A stretch of DNA of 64,000 nucleotides, taken from the NCBI GenBank assembly GCA_965644495.1, contig CBFFSA010000001.1:3658001-3722000 (forward strand). The letters run 5' to 3'. Below the pieces are notes generated by a model. It saw only the letters and a list, made by a program, of their open reading frames with translations, was not told the DNA's origin and made no database searches. The stretch comes from Perkinsela sp. CCAP 1560/9 (lineage: Eukaryota > Protista > Euglenozoa: Kinetoplastea). The translations under genes were made by a program, and so were the position numbers. Numbering within the stretch: the first letter of the stretch is position 1; every line of letters begins with the position of its first letter. Positions 54,487 through 64,000 of this stretch are shown here, piece after piece.

Positions 54487-57400
54487 ATGCTACGCCACCC
54501 TCTCCTCCCCTGTCGTAAAATCACCTCCTCCCTCTCCTCCCACCCCCCTCCTCCCCCCCTCCCCCTCTTCCCCACGCCCCACGCCCCCTACTCCACCCCC
54601 CCTACCCCTCCCCCCCGCTTCCACCCCTTCACCCGCCGCGACGAGGACGAGCTCCTCCACACGGTCACCACCAAGCCCCGCCACGTGCTGCGAAAGGTGC
54701 GCCAACTCGTGTGGAGGTCCCGCAAGAGGGAACTCCAGTTCCGCTCCACCCTCACCTTCCTGGTGCTCACCCTGCAGGACCAGCTCCGGGCCCGCGCCCT
54801 CCCCCCCGCCACCGCGAGCGCCATCATGGAGGCCGTGATGCGGGAGTGCGTGCGGCTGGCCCAGCACGACATGGCCCACCTGCTGTTCCGGGCCTTCCTG
54901 CGGTTCCGCAAGCACGGCTGCGGGGTCACGGTGAACTGCGTGAGGTACCTGTTTGAGAGCTATAAGGGGGGGGTGGGGAGTAGTAAGAATACATGTATGA
55001 ATCATGATATGGATGGGAAGAAGAATATAAAGAATACGAACGATGAAAATAGGAAGAATAATGAAAATAGGTATAAAAACGATGAAAAGAATGAAAACCA
55101 TGAAAATAGGAATAAAAACGATAACAACACATGTAAGAAGAGTCCTAAGAACGATGAAAAGAATACGGACCCTGAAAATACAGATCACAACAACCCCTGT
55201 TACAACAACAACCAGGAGTTTATGTATCAACTCGCGTGTGAGATGAGAGGGGAGTCGGGGCTGCGACCGCTTTGTATGGCGGCGCTGCTCTATGCGGGTC
55301 GCCCCAAGGAGGCGGAGGCGATGAGGGGGGCAGGGGGGGAGACCGGTGAGATGACCACACAGGATCGGTTAGCGTTACTCGAGGGGTACGACAAGTTGGA
55401 TGATGTGAAACGGTTGGGGGAGTTGGAGAGGGAGTTTTTGGAGACACCGCAGGGGGGAGGGGAAGGGGAGAACGCCGAAGGGGAGAAACAGGCCAAGGAA
55501 AGTAAGGCCGCGGTGGTGAAAACTTTGTTAAGGATTTATCAAAGAAGGGGGGCGTATGAGAAGGTGGAGGGGTTGCTGGGGGTGGTAACGCAGTGTGGGT
55601 TAGCGCTTGACCCGGTGGCGTTTTGTTCCATCCTACGCCATCGTACGCAGAAAGCACAAACGGTGGAGGAACTCAACGAGGCGGAGCAAGCGGTACGTGA
55701 CATGGGGTATGAGTTTGATATCGCAGGGTACAGTATTTTGGTCAGCGCGTATGCGCGGCTCACGACCTTTGGGGATCGTGCCAGTGAGGAGATTATGTTG
55801 GGGAAGGTGGACACGCTGCTGGGGTCGATTGAGGCTCGGCTAAAACACGGGGACCCGGACCTGGATGTGTCGGTGTCCCACCTGCGGGCGGTGATCCGGG
55901 GGTACGGCGCCGCGGGGAAGGCGGAGCGGATGCGGGAGGCGTGGAAACGGATGCAGTTCCGAGGTCTGAGTAACGACACCCGGGTGTATAATGAGATGGT
56001 GAAGTGGTACTCGCTGATGGGGAGTGTAAAGGATGTGCTGGATTTGAAGGAGCACATGAAGGAGAGTGAGGTGTACCCGGATGCTCAGACCTATACGTGG
56101 ATCTTTCGCTCCCTCGGGAAGTACTACCCGCGCCAGGTGGCCGCGCTTTATGAGGAGATACAATCCAACCGCGTGCGTCCGGACCTGACGCTGTACACCA
56201 CCATGTTGGGTGTCTTCGGGGATCTCCGAATGGAGGACAAGGTGAAAAAGATTGTCTCGGAAATGCAAAAGCGAGAGGAGGCGGGGACGCTGCAACCGAG
56301 TCCGTTTACTTATGCTGTGCTGATGCGGTTGCACTCGTCGAACCTCGCAAAGGTGGAGGAGCTGTTCGCGGAGGCGCAGAAAAAGGGTGTCGGGGATTTC
56401 CCTCATGTTATTACGATATACCTACACTGCCTCACGCGAGCGAATGAACGCGAAAAGATTAACACCCTGCTGCAGTCCTGGCCCACATGGCACACCAATG
56501 TGTACAACGTTCTCATTGCCTTTCACGCTCGCCACGATGAGAGGGATAAAGTGTTTGAGCTGCTGGACAAGATGAAGACAGAAAACGTCGAGTACAACCA
56601 CGTCACCTATGGCACACTGATTACGGTGTTTGGTCGCTGGAAGGATACCCCACGGGTTCTCGAGGTCATGGAGAAAATGAAAACAAGCGGGAACTCGCAG
56701 CTGAACGCTCATTTCTACTCCATTCTCGCGAGCACCTACAGCCGTCTCGGGGACAAGGAGGGGGTCAACGACGCGTGGGAGGATTTGCAGTCCTCCCGTC
56801 TTTACCCCGACACGGAGGTCTACAACACCTTCCTTGCACTCTATGGTAAACAGCACAACGTGGATAAGATGCAGCACGTGCTGGATAACATGCTCAAGAA
56901 CGTCCCACCGAATCCCCTGACCTCCTCGACGGTGGTCGACATGTTAGGCAAAGCCGGGAAGATCAGTGACATGGAGCAGCTCGTGGGGGAGATGAAGAAC
57001 CACCCCGACATGTGTCCCACCAGTGTGACGTATCACCAAATCATGAATGCGTACGCGAAGACGGCGGATGTTCGAAAGATGGAGCACACCCGGGCAGAGA
57101 TGCTCGAGAAAGGGTACACGGAGAATGCCGTGACGTACAACATCCTCTCCGATGGCTACGGCCGCGCGAAGCGTTATGAGCAACTCGGCGAACTCGTCCA
57201 AGAAAGGGTCTCGAAAGGGATTCCAATGGAAGAGACAGGGGTATGTGTTCTGGTGACGTCGTTTGCGCGTGCACGGATGATTAAGGACGTGAACAAGACG
57301 ATTTCGCTGTTTGTGCCCGATCCGGATACCCCGCCCGTGAAAGAGGGGGAAGAGAAGAGTGAGGAGAAACCCCCAACGTCGCCATCCGTGCCCTACACGA

Positions 57401-57840
57401 ATAAACTGGTATGGACAATGATTGACGCGTACTGTCGGTGCGGTGATGCCCATCGTATGGAGCAGTGGGTACGACGTCTCCATCACGGTACCATTCCCTT
57501 GAAGCCCTCCGATCGCTCTTCCCTGATTGGGTACTACGGCCGTGTAGGTGCTGTGGAGAAAATGGAAGAAATGGCGAACGAGCTGAAGAAGGCTGACGTG
57601 TCAGTGAGCTATGCGGCGTTAAATTCCATGGCGCGGACGTACGCCAAGGCGGGAAAGTTTGAAAACACCATCGAGGTTCTTCACAGATTAAGGGACAAGA
57701 AACAAGTCCCAGACGCCTCCACAAGTTTAATGCTGAGTGGACTGTTTCTGAAGGCAGGGTTGCAGGAACAGGCCCAACAGGTTGTTGAGTGGAGGAAACA
57801 GTACGCACAGTCTTATGCTGATGAGATTGAACAAGCCTAA
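54487..57840 (+). CDS. Large mitochondrial PPR protein, KPAF1/PPR1-like
   Basis: Many 35-aa PPRs ('PDAQTYTWIF', 'PDLTLYTTML', 'PDTEVYNTFL', 'ENAVTYNIL'); size and N-terminal block resemble kinetoplastid KPAF1, but orthology is not certain. Confidence 0.8.
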   Translation: MLRHPLLPCRKITSSLSSHPPPPPLPLFPTPHAPYSTPPTPPPRFHPFTRRDEDELLHTVTTKPRHVLRKVRQLVWRSRKRELQFRSTLTFLVLTLQDQLRARALPPATASAIMEAVMRECVRLAQHDMAHLLFRAFLRFRKHGCGVTVNCVRYLFESYKGGVGSSKNTCMNHDMDGKKNIKNTNDENRKNNENRYKNDEKNENHENRNKNDNNTCKKSPKNDEKNTDPENTDHNNPCYNNNQEFMYQLACEMRGESGLRPLCMAALLYAGRPKEAEAMRGAGGETGEMTTQDRLALLEGYDKLDDVKRLGELEREFLETPQGGGEGENAEGEKQAKESKAAVVKTLLRIYQRRGAYEKVEGLLGVVTQCGLALDPVAFCSILRHRTQKAQTVEELNEAEQAVRDMGYEFDIAGYSILVSAYARLTTFGDRASEEIMLGKVDTLLGSIEARLKHGDPDLDVSVSHLRAVIRGYGAAGKAERMREAWKRMQFRGLSNDTRVYNEMVKWYSLMGSVKDVLDLKEHMKESEVYPDAQTYTWIFRSLGKYYPRQVAALYEEIQSNRVRPDLTLYTTMLGVFGDLRMEDKVKKIVSEMQKREEAGTLQPSPFTYAVLMRLHSSNLAKVEELFAEAQKKGVGDFPHVITIYLHCLTRANEREKINTLLQSWPTWHTNVYNVLIAFHARHDERDKVFELLDKMKTENVEYNHVTYGTLITVFGRWKDTPRVLEVMEKMKTSGNSQLNAHFYSILASTYSRLGDKEGVNDAWEDLQSSRLYPDTEVYNTFLALYGKQHNVDKMQHVLDNMLKNVPPNPLTSSTVVDMLGKAGKISDMEQLVGEMKNHPDMCPTSVTYHQIMNAYAKTADVRKMEHTRAEMLEKGYTENAVTYNILSDGYGRAKRYEQLGELVQERVSKGIPMEETGVCVLVTSFARARMIKDVNKTISLFVPDPDTPPVKEGEEKSEEKPPTSPSVPYTNKLVWTMIDAYCRCGDAHRMEQWVRRLHHGTIPLKPSDRSSLIGYYGRVGAVEKMEEMANELKKADVSVSYAALNSMARTYAKAGKFENTIEVLHRLRDKKQVPDASTSLMLSGLFLKAGLQEQAQQVVEWRKQYAQSYADEIEQA

Positions 57841-58081
57841 TGCTTCCTTTTTTCGTTTATGTGTATAGCACCAAAAAAATGCGCCCATTTTACTTTTTTA
57901 AAAACAAAAATGATCCACGATAGTTTCACATCACCCTTCAATTACGATTCTTTGTGTCCACGTTTACCACACGCTGCAGTGTAACGCAATCCTCATGTAT
58001 TACACAATGTACGAACTCTCTACCATGAAAAAACAAAGTCGCTTTCTTCTTTTTACAACACACACACACACACTCACCCCC

Positions 58082-60379
58082 ATGTCCACCCCCCACGAAC
58101 CGACCTACCCCGAGACCTTTAACGGGGTCATTGGCATTGATCTCGGCACCACCTACTCCTGCGTCGCTGTTTTTCGTCACAACCGGGTCGAGGTCATCCC
58201 CAACGACCAAGGCAACCGCACCACCCCATCCGTCGTGTCCTTCACCCCCGAGGGCACCGTCATCGGGGACGGCGCCCGCAACCTTCTCACCCGCTACCCC
58301 GCCTCCACACTCTACGACGCGAAACGCCTGATTGGTCGTAAATTCACCGACCGTGAGGTTCAGCAGGATATCCCGATGTGGCCGTTTAAACTGATCCAGG
58401 ACCCCAACAGTGGGAATATTCAATATGTCCTGGGTGAAAACAACAATAGCAACAACACGGATATGAGTAATAATGAGAAGGATATGACAAATAGATCAAA
58501 CGCGTCCTCCCTGCTCTTCCCCGAGGAGCTCAGCGCCCTGGTGCTTCGTTACCTCCGTACCTGTGCGGAACGGTTCCTTCACCAAAATGTCAAGACCGCA
58601 GTGCTCACAGTCCCGGCCTACTTCACCGATGCCCAACGGGAGCGTACAAAGGCCGCGGGGCAGATTGCGGGGCTCGAAATCTGTCGTATCATTAATGAGC
58701 CCACAGCCGCAGCCCTGGCCTATGGGCTGGAGCCCCATGGAAAACAAAATAAGGAAGGGAAACCAATGTTAAAAGAAGATGAAAAGAATAAGGAAAGTGA
58801 AATTTTGAAAGAAGATGAAAACAAAAAGGAAAGTAAAATTTTAAATGAAGATGAAAACAAAAAGGAAAGTGAAATTTCAAAAGAAGATGAAAAGAATAAG
58901 GAAAGCAAAACCATTTTAGTGTTTGACCTCGGAGGGGGCACGTTTGATGTCTCCGTGATTGTCCTCGAGCAGGGGGTACGGGAGGTGAAGGCCACCGCCG
59001 GGGACACCCACCTCGGGGGACAGGACTTTGACAGCGCTGTGGTGCACGCGTGGGTGGAGGAGATACAGCAAACCCACGACGTGGATTTGAGTAAAAATGT
59101 GAAAGCGATGGCACGACTGCGGAATGTCGCGGAGAGTGCGAAACGGACGCTGAGTTACGCACAAAGCTTTGAGACCGAGGTGCCGGGGTTGGTGGGAGGG
59201 GAGGATAAAATATTGCGGCTGAGTCGGGCGAAATTCGATGAGTTAAACGAGGGGCTGTTTCGGAAATGTCTCGTGGAGGTGGAGAGGGTGCTGAAAAGTG
59301 CCAAGGTACATGAGAAGCAGGTGGATGAGGTGTTGCTGGTGGGGGGGAGCACGCGGATTGTGAAGATTCAAACGCTGCTGGGGGAGTACTTTAAGGGTGT
59401 GGTGCTGAGTCAGTCGGTGAACCCGGATGAGGCGGTGGCTGCGGGGGCCGCCGTCCAGGGGGCGATTCTCAGCGAAGCCCCGGAGCAGCAAAGTGAGGCT
59501 ACAAAGGATATGCTCCTGCTGGATGTCGCCTCCCTCTCGATCGGGGTGAATATTGACGAGGGCAGGATGGATGTACTGATCCCACGTAACAGCTCCATTC
59601 CCACCCGTGTCACAAAGGAGTACCACACCATAGATGATTACCAAACCGAGGTGCTGGTGGAAATCTACGAAGGGGAACGCCCTCGAGTGTCCCAAAACCA
59701 TTTGCTCGGGAACTTTCGACTCACGGGGATACGAAAGGCCAAACGAGGAAAAGTGGACATTGCGGTGACGTTTGCCGTGGACGCCAATGGAGTGCTCACC
59801 GTAACCGCCGAGGAGGTGGGGGGGAAGAAGCAGTCTCTTGTGGTGAAAAACCAGGACCGGTTGGGGGTACAGGAGATTGAGCAAATGGTTAAAAACGCGG
59901 AGGAACGCGCCGCCGAGGACGCCACGCTTCGACGTGTCCTGGAGCTTCGCACGGAGGTGGAGCGACGGCTCTACCAGGCTCGTTCCTCTCTGAATTCTTT
60001 GCTCAAACACTTCAGTTCGTCGGATCCTGCGCATGAGGAGTCCTTGAAACTGAAGGAAAAGGTGGGAAAAGCTTTTGCGTGGTTGCTGGATAAGGGACTG
60101 GATGTGACTCTAGAAGAGTTAGAAAGAAATGGCACCAAGTTGGACAATATCGAGAGTGCGGTTGAAAGACTGCAGAGTCTTGCGAAAGAGTCTGGCAAAG
60201 AGAAGCGGAAAGACAGCTCCGTGCACTCACCTCATTCTCCTGAAGAGAAAAAGAAGAAAAGAGAAAAATTGAAGGCGAAATATCACGTTGCGGAGGCCCC
60301 GAACGAAGAAAGTAGGGAAACTCCAGCGGAGGATAAGAGCACTAATGATCAGGGTGATGAAGCAGAGGAAGTCAACTAA
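58082..60379 (+). CDS. Divergent HSP70-family chaperone (no EEVD tail)
   Basis: 'GIDLGTTYS', '[10 protein letters not shown]', 'TVPAYF', 'IINEPTAAA', '[12 protein letters not shown]', 'LVGGSTRI', 'NPDEAVA'. Confidence 0.95.
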   Translation: MSTPHEPTYPETFNGVIGIDLGTTYSCVAVFRHNRVEVIPNDQGNRTTPSVVSFTPEGTVIGDGARNLLTRYPASTLYDAKRLIGRKFTDREVQQDIPMWPFKLIQDPNSGNIQYVLGENNNSNNTDMSNNEKDMTNRSNASSLLFPEELSALVLRYLRTCAERFLHQNVKTAVLTVPAYFTDAQRERTKAAGQIAGLEICRIINEPTAAALAYGLEPHGKQNKEGKPMLKEDEKNKESEILKEDENKKESKILNEDENKKESEISKEDEKNKESKTILVFDLGGGTFDVSVIVLEQGVREVKATAGDTHLGGQDFDSAVVHAWVEEIQQTHDVDLSKNVKAMARLRNVAESAKRTLSYAQSFETEVPGLVGGEDKILRLSRAKFDELNEGLFRKCLVEVERVLKSAKVHEKQVDEVLLVGGSTRIVKIQTLLGEYFKGVVLSQSVNPDEAVAAGAAVQGAILSEAPEQQSEATKDMLLLDVASLSIGVNIDEGRMDVLIPRNSSIPTRVTKEYHTIDDYQTEVLVEIYEGERPRVSQNHLLGNFRLTGIRKAKRGKVDIAVTFAVDANGVLTVTAEEVGGKKQSLVVKNQDRLGVQEIEQMVKNAEERAAEDATLRRVLELRTEVERRLYQARSSLNSLLKHFSSSDPAHEESLKLKEKVGKAFAWLLDKGLDVTLEELERNGTKLDNIESAVERLQSLAKESGKEKRKDSSVHSPHSPEEKKKKREKLKAKYHVAEAPNEESRETPAEDKSTNDQGDEAEEVN
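58768..58912 (+). repeat. Coding 36-bp tandem repeat (4 copies) inside HSP70
   Basis: Encodes [48 protein letters not shown] just before ILVFDLGGG. Confidence 0.9.
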
Positions 60380-60856
60380 CATATTGCGTCAACGAAAGGA
60401 GAAGCGTGTAGTTGCAAGAAGAGCTCATGGTCATACTTCTGTGCGTCATGAGCGACTTAATCTTATTCCATCTGCAAGAATTTGCAAACGAAGAGACAAA
60501 AGAGAAATTGCAATAGCCTGCTTTTTTATTTTGTACATGTCAACATTGCTTTTGTTTTTCAAAGCTTTTCTTACGATTGTCTGACTTAGCCACCCTACGG
60601 GTAAACCTACAGGATAAAGTTTATGCGTACTGTATCAAGCTAGTAGCCGGTTGTATTCGTTAGTTTTCTGCTTCGGTGGTATACAAACGATTACTGTACT
60701 CTTTGTATATAACCCTTTGTATGTAAATATAACCCTTTGTATCTTTTATCCTTGTATTGCTCTACCTGAGTATAATTTTTCATCCGATCAAATTTGTGTG
60801 TTACACCTCTCTCAAGAAAATGGTACGCCACTCCAACATTTCTTCTTCTTTAGCTC

Positions 60857-63139
60857 ATGAAAAGTGATATCACGCAAGATATTCTCGTTGCTGTTTGTGG
60901 ACAACGAGATATTGCCTCTAAGTTGCCGACCACAAAATCAGTTAATTTGAAACCATGCCGAGCTAGCGAATTTCTGAACAAAGTACTTCCCTCTTTCTTG
61001 TCGATACCATCTTTAATCCCGACTATTAAAAGCAATGATGAACAATATCTTGTATGCATTACCATAGCCAAGTTGCTAGGCAATGCCGTATTCACTAGTC
61101 TGCAAAATATAATTACGTCAAGTGACTCGATAAACGATCAAAATGTTATGGAATGGATAGAGCAAGTCACGGGGTGTTTCGAATATGTTACCGAACGAAT
61201 TCTCCCCTGTATATCTTCTGTCTGTGCTCGCCAGAAAGCTGCAGAAAAAGCAACAGGTCGGATTCACTCAACTACAGAATATCGAGAGGTCGTGGACACA
61301 TTTTATTGTCACGTTCATGCTTCACTGGAGGCATACTGTGGGAGAATTCGAACGACTCATTCTGAATCTGCGCGATGGATTGAGCACGCTGACGGTTTTA
61401 TGCGGAGACTGATAGAAGTCTCTTTGCTTCACGAAGAATGTTCTTCAAGCATTAGAGAGTTGGGGGTAAACCGACTTCCTTGTCTACATGCAGCAGTTCA
61501 GAAACTCATCGAAATTCAAGTCAAGAAATGTGTGGGTCAATGGAATAGGACTCCTTTACACCACAGGGCATTCCATAAAGTGTTGGAAGAGATAAATATT
61601 TACACAAATGGATTTGGTCGTTTAGGAATAGAAATTCATGCGAATGCGTACGAAAAGGTTTTTTCAAAAGAAATGTATCGACTGCGCTTGGATCAGCTGC
61701 TCCTTATTTTCTTAGAGTATCCTGAAACGATCGCCTCTTTGAACGATTTTCAGGATGCAATGAATTTCTTGCTGGACAGCTCTGAATTGAATCGGCGAGA
61801 GGTTACCGAACAGATTACCACAAGCCTCGTAAGCCAGTGGGAAGATTATTTTGTGCAAGATAAGCATACAACGACGGCTATCCGTCTCTATTTTCTCGCG
61901 TCTTGGATCTCCACTCATGAGCTGGAAAAAGCATTGAACGTCTTTAACGCTGAAATGTTTCTTGTCGCCTTGCGAGAAAAGTCCGATATCATAAAGGAAA
62001 TTGCCTTTGCATTTCTGGACCCTCATAGCGTGTTACGGATTCCGGCTGCAGATGTCTCAGAGAAGGAGGAAGAGAATGACAGGGATAAAATCTTTTTGAA
62101 ACTTCTTGAACACGTTTCTAAAGAACAATTTTTGTTAGTCTATCATGAAAAATTGGCCTCTCAGCTCTTAAAATCTGACAAGTCGAACATAGATAACGAA
62201 TCTAGCAGTATCGATCGCCTCGAGAGACTGCTGGGAGAAAATAGCGTAAACTCGTTTCGAATTATGCTTAGTGACGTTGTGGCTTCGCACCGACTTGAGC
62301 AAAGTATCCAAAAGAAGCCGCGATCCAGGATAGCTCGCGATACTTCTTCAGTTCAGGTGGCATTTACCATACTTTCAGAAAGTTTTTGGCCGAAGTTTCC
62401 TACAGAAAGCGCCGTTGGCATTCGCTGGCACCCTAAAATTGATGAGCACTTAAAAACAATTTCTCGTGTATACGAGACGAAGTACTCTAGACGCACTTTG
62501 AGTTGGCATATAGCCCATAGCGAGGTGGAGATAGAGCTTGAGCAAATCAATGACAAAAGAACAAAAGAACACGCTCACATCTTGACGGTAAACGTAGTAC
62601 AAGCAAGTGCTCTACTTTATATAGTTGAAACATTGCCCGTACTGTCGGCATCTTTAGGGATTCCTGGAAATGATTTCGTACAAGGGATGAAAACATCAAT
62701 CATTTCGAAGAAATTGGGAATCTCGGTATCGATGTTATCCGGATATTTACATGATCTTGTACCGACTACACTAAAATATTATCCCGGGAACGAACCGGTT
62801 TATGTACTTTCAACAAATAGATCGTTTCCATCAGAATTCTTGAGTAATACAAAGGAAGCTACAAGCAACAAAGATAAGGGAGCGGGCGAGCATGACCGTG
62901 AAGACGAATCAAAAGAGGTAAACGACATTCAACCGATGATAGATTCAGTGTGCCACTCTATTCTTTCATATTTGCAAAGCAGTGCTGTCCCCAAAGCGCA
63001 GTCACAAATTGAAAGTTCTTTACGGATTTTCGGTCAGTTACCAAGGGGTGCTCCAATAAACCTCATAGGGAACTGCATTTCAACATTAGAAATAGATGAC
63101 AAGGTCTTGCGCAGGAATAACAAGTTTACATTGAAGTAA
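60857..63139 (+). CDS. APC2: Anaphase-promoting complex subunit 2 (cullin-homology)
   Basis: 'EYPETIASLND', 'KEQFLLVYHEKLASQLL', 'IMLSDV', 'ILSESFWP', 'RTLSWHIAHSEVEIEL', C-terminal winged-helix-like end. Confidence 0.75.
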   Translation: MKSDITQDILVAVCGQRDIASKLPTTKSVNLKPCRASEFLNKVLPSFLSIPSLIPTIKSNDEQYLVCITIAKLLGNAVFTSLQNIITSSDSINDQNVMEWIEQVTGCFEYVTERILPCISSVCARQKAAEKATGRIHSTTEYREVVDTFYCHVHASLEAYCGRIRTTHSESARWIEHADGFMRRLIEVSLLHEECSSSIRELGVNRLPCLHAAVQKLIEIQVKKCVGQWNRTPLHHRAFHKVLEEINIYTNGFGRLGIEIHANAYEKVFSKEMYRLRLDQLLLIFLEYPETIASLNDFQDAMNFLLDSSELNRREVTEQITTSLVSQWEDYFVQDKHTTTAIRLYFLASWISTHELEKALNVFNAEMFLVALREKSDIIKEIAFAFLDPHSVLRIPAADVSEKEEENDRDKIFLKLLEHVSKEQFLLVYHEKLASQLLKSDKSNIDNESSSIDRLERLLGENSVNSFRIMLSDVVASHRLEQSIQKKPRSRIARDTSSVQVAFTILSESFWPKFPTESAVGIRWHPKIDEHLKTISRVYETKYSRRTLSWHIAHSEVEIELEQINDKRTKEHAHILTVNVVQASALLYIVETLPVLSASLGIPGNDFVQGMKTSIISKKLGISVSMLSGYLHDLVPTTLKYYPGNEPVYVLSTNRSFPSEFLSNTKEATSNKDKGAGEHDREDESKEVNDIQPMIDSVCHSILSYLQSSAVPKAQSQIESSLRIFGQLPRGAPINLIGNCISTLEIDDKVLRRNNKFTLK

Positions 63140-63321
63140 AAAAGCATGATTATTTATTGCGTTAGTTGCACCAACATTGCTTTCCTTGAAGGCTACAAAA
63201 CAGTGACGCATGGCCTTTAGCACATTCCACACGTTGTTACACAAGCCTGTGATCCGCTAACCAATAGAAAGTGTCCCTCTCCCTTGTTAATGCTAAAAAT
63301 GTGTATTACCAATTTTCAGTA

Positions 63322-63881
63322 CAGAGCGGAACTTAATTACGGGGCACCATAGTTAAGGGACACCCCCTTTGGGGTCAAAAGTGTCCCTTAGCTTTCAGCT
63401 GTCTTATGGAAAAGGGCGATATTACATACACCATTATTGTGTTTTAACAATTTTTTTTCTTGCAAATACTGTCCCCCCCCTTAAGAGCACCCGGTCAGAC
63501 CCCCCCGTTTAAGCGCACATAGAGTTGAGATGCGGACTCCGGCGCCACGAAGCGGCGCCAAATTTGTTTTTACGTACTGATTCAGACCCCCCCGTTTAAG
63601 CGCACTTTTCACGGAAAACGAGGTGCGCTTAAACGGGGGGGACAGTATATCTTCTCATGGAGCCGCACCAAGTCCAAGTTTCAGCAAGATCAATTTCAAC
63701 CAGTGTCCCTGTGGTCGGCGAACTTGCGCTTGAGGAACGTGGAAAGGCTGAAAATGGGACCCACAACACTTTGTTACGGGCAGTGGGAGCGAAACTCCCA
63801 AGGCCCAAGTGCCCCTTCATTAAGTGTCCCGTAATTAAGTTGTCCCGTAATTAACGTGTCCCGCAATTAAATCCCGCTCTG
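63322..63881. mobile_element. TA-flanked MITE containing a nested MITE
   Basis: TIR cagagcggaacttaattacggggcac / gtgtcccgcaattaaatcccgctctg; TA flanks. Confidence 0.85.
63469..63645. mobile_element. Nested TA-flanked MITE
   Basis: TIR ctgtcccccccc.ttaag.gcac / gtgcgcttaaacgggggggacag; internal repeats cagacccccccgtttaagcgcac. Confidence 0.85.
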
Positions 63882-64000
63882 TACATGATATCAGCGCAAT
63901 GGCGCAAATTCATGTACTATATCCCCCCCTGCTTATGAGTTCCCCCAATTGAGGTACGCTTAAGAGTTCCTTGTTCTAAAGTGAATGGCTTTGTACCCAC

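Overview
Intron-free eukaryotic region in which all ~27 host genes lie on the + strand, as in a kinetoplastid polycistronic unit. The kinetoplastid assignment rests on an RNA-editing TUTase RET2, two RBP16 copies, a KPAF1-like PPR protein and oligopeptidase B. The divergent sequences and the many short plant-type LRR genes suggest a Perkinsela-like prokinetoplastid (inference). Intergenic space is packed with decayed and nested transposons (Tc1 DD35E, pogo, Merlin/IS1595, hAT-like, many TA-flanked MITEs, a non-LTR RT fragment, a hairpin-ended Helentron-like repeat), and every TE ORF remnant I could read is antisense to host transcription. Most notable: (1) about eight ~1-1.5 kb domains inside genes where the sequence flips from extreme C-richness to extreme G-richness, a pattern symmetric on both strands that suggests a bidirectional process (replication origins or break-repair hotspots); (2) a duplicated ~185-nt four-way-junction element next to a decayed Cys-rich ORF resembling a TnpB/Fanzor C-terminus; (3) seven LRR genes whose leaders share a D-x(n)-R-x-[GA]-[KR] motif, a possible export or processing signal. 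All family calls come from motif recognition by eye; no database search was run. There is a 200-nt N gap at 45570-45769.
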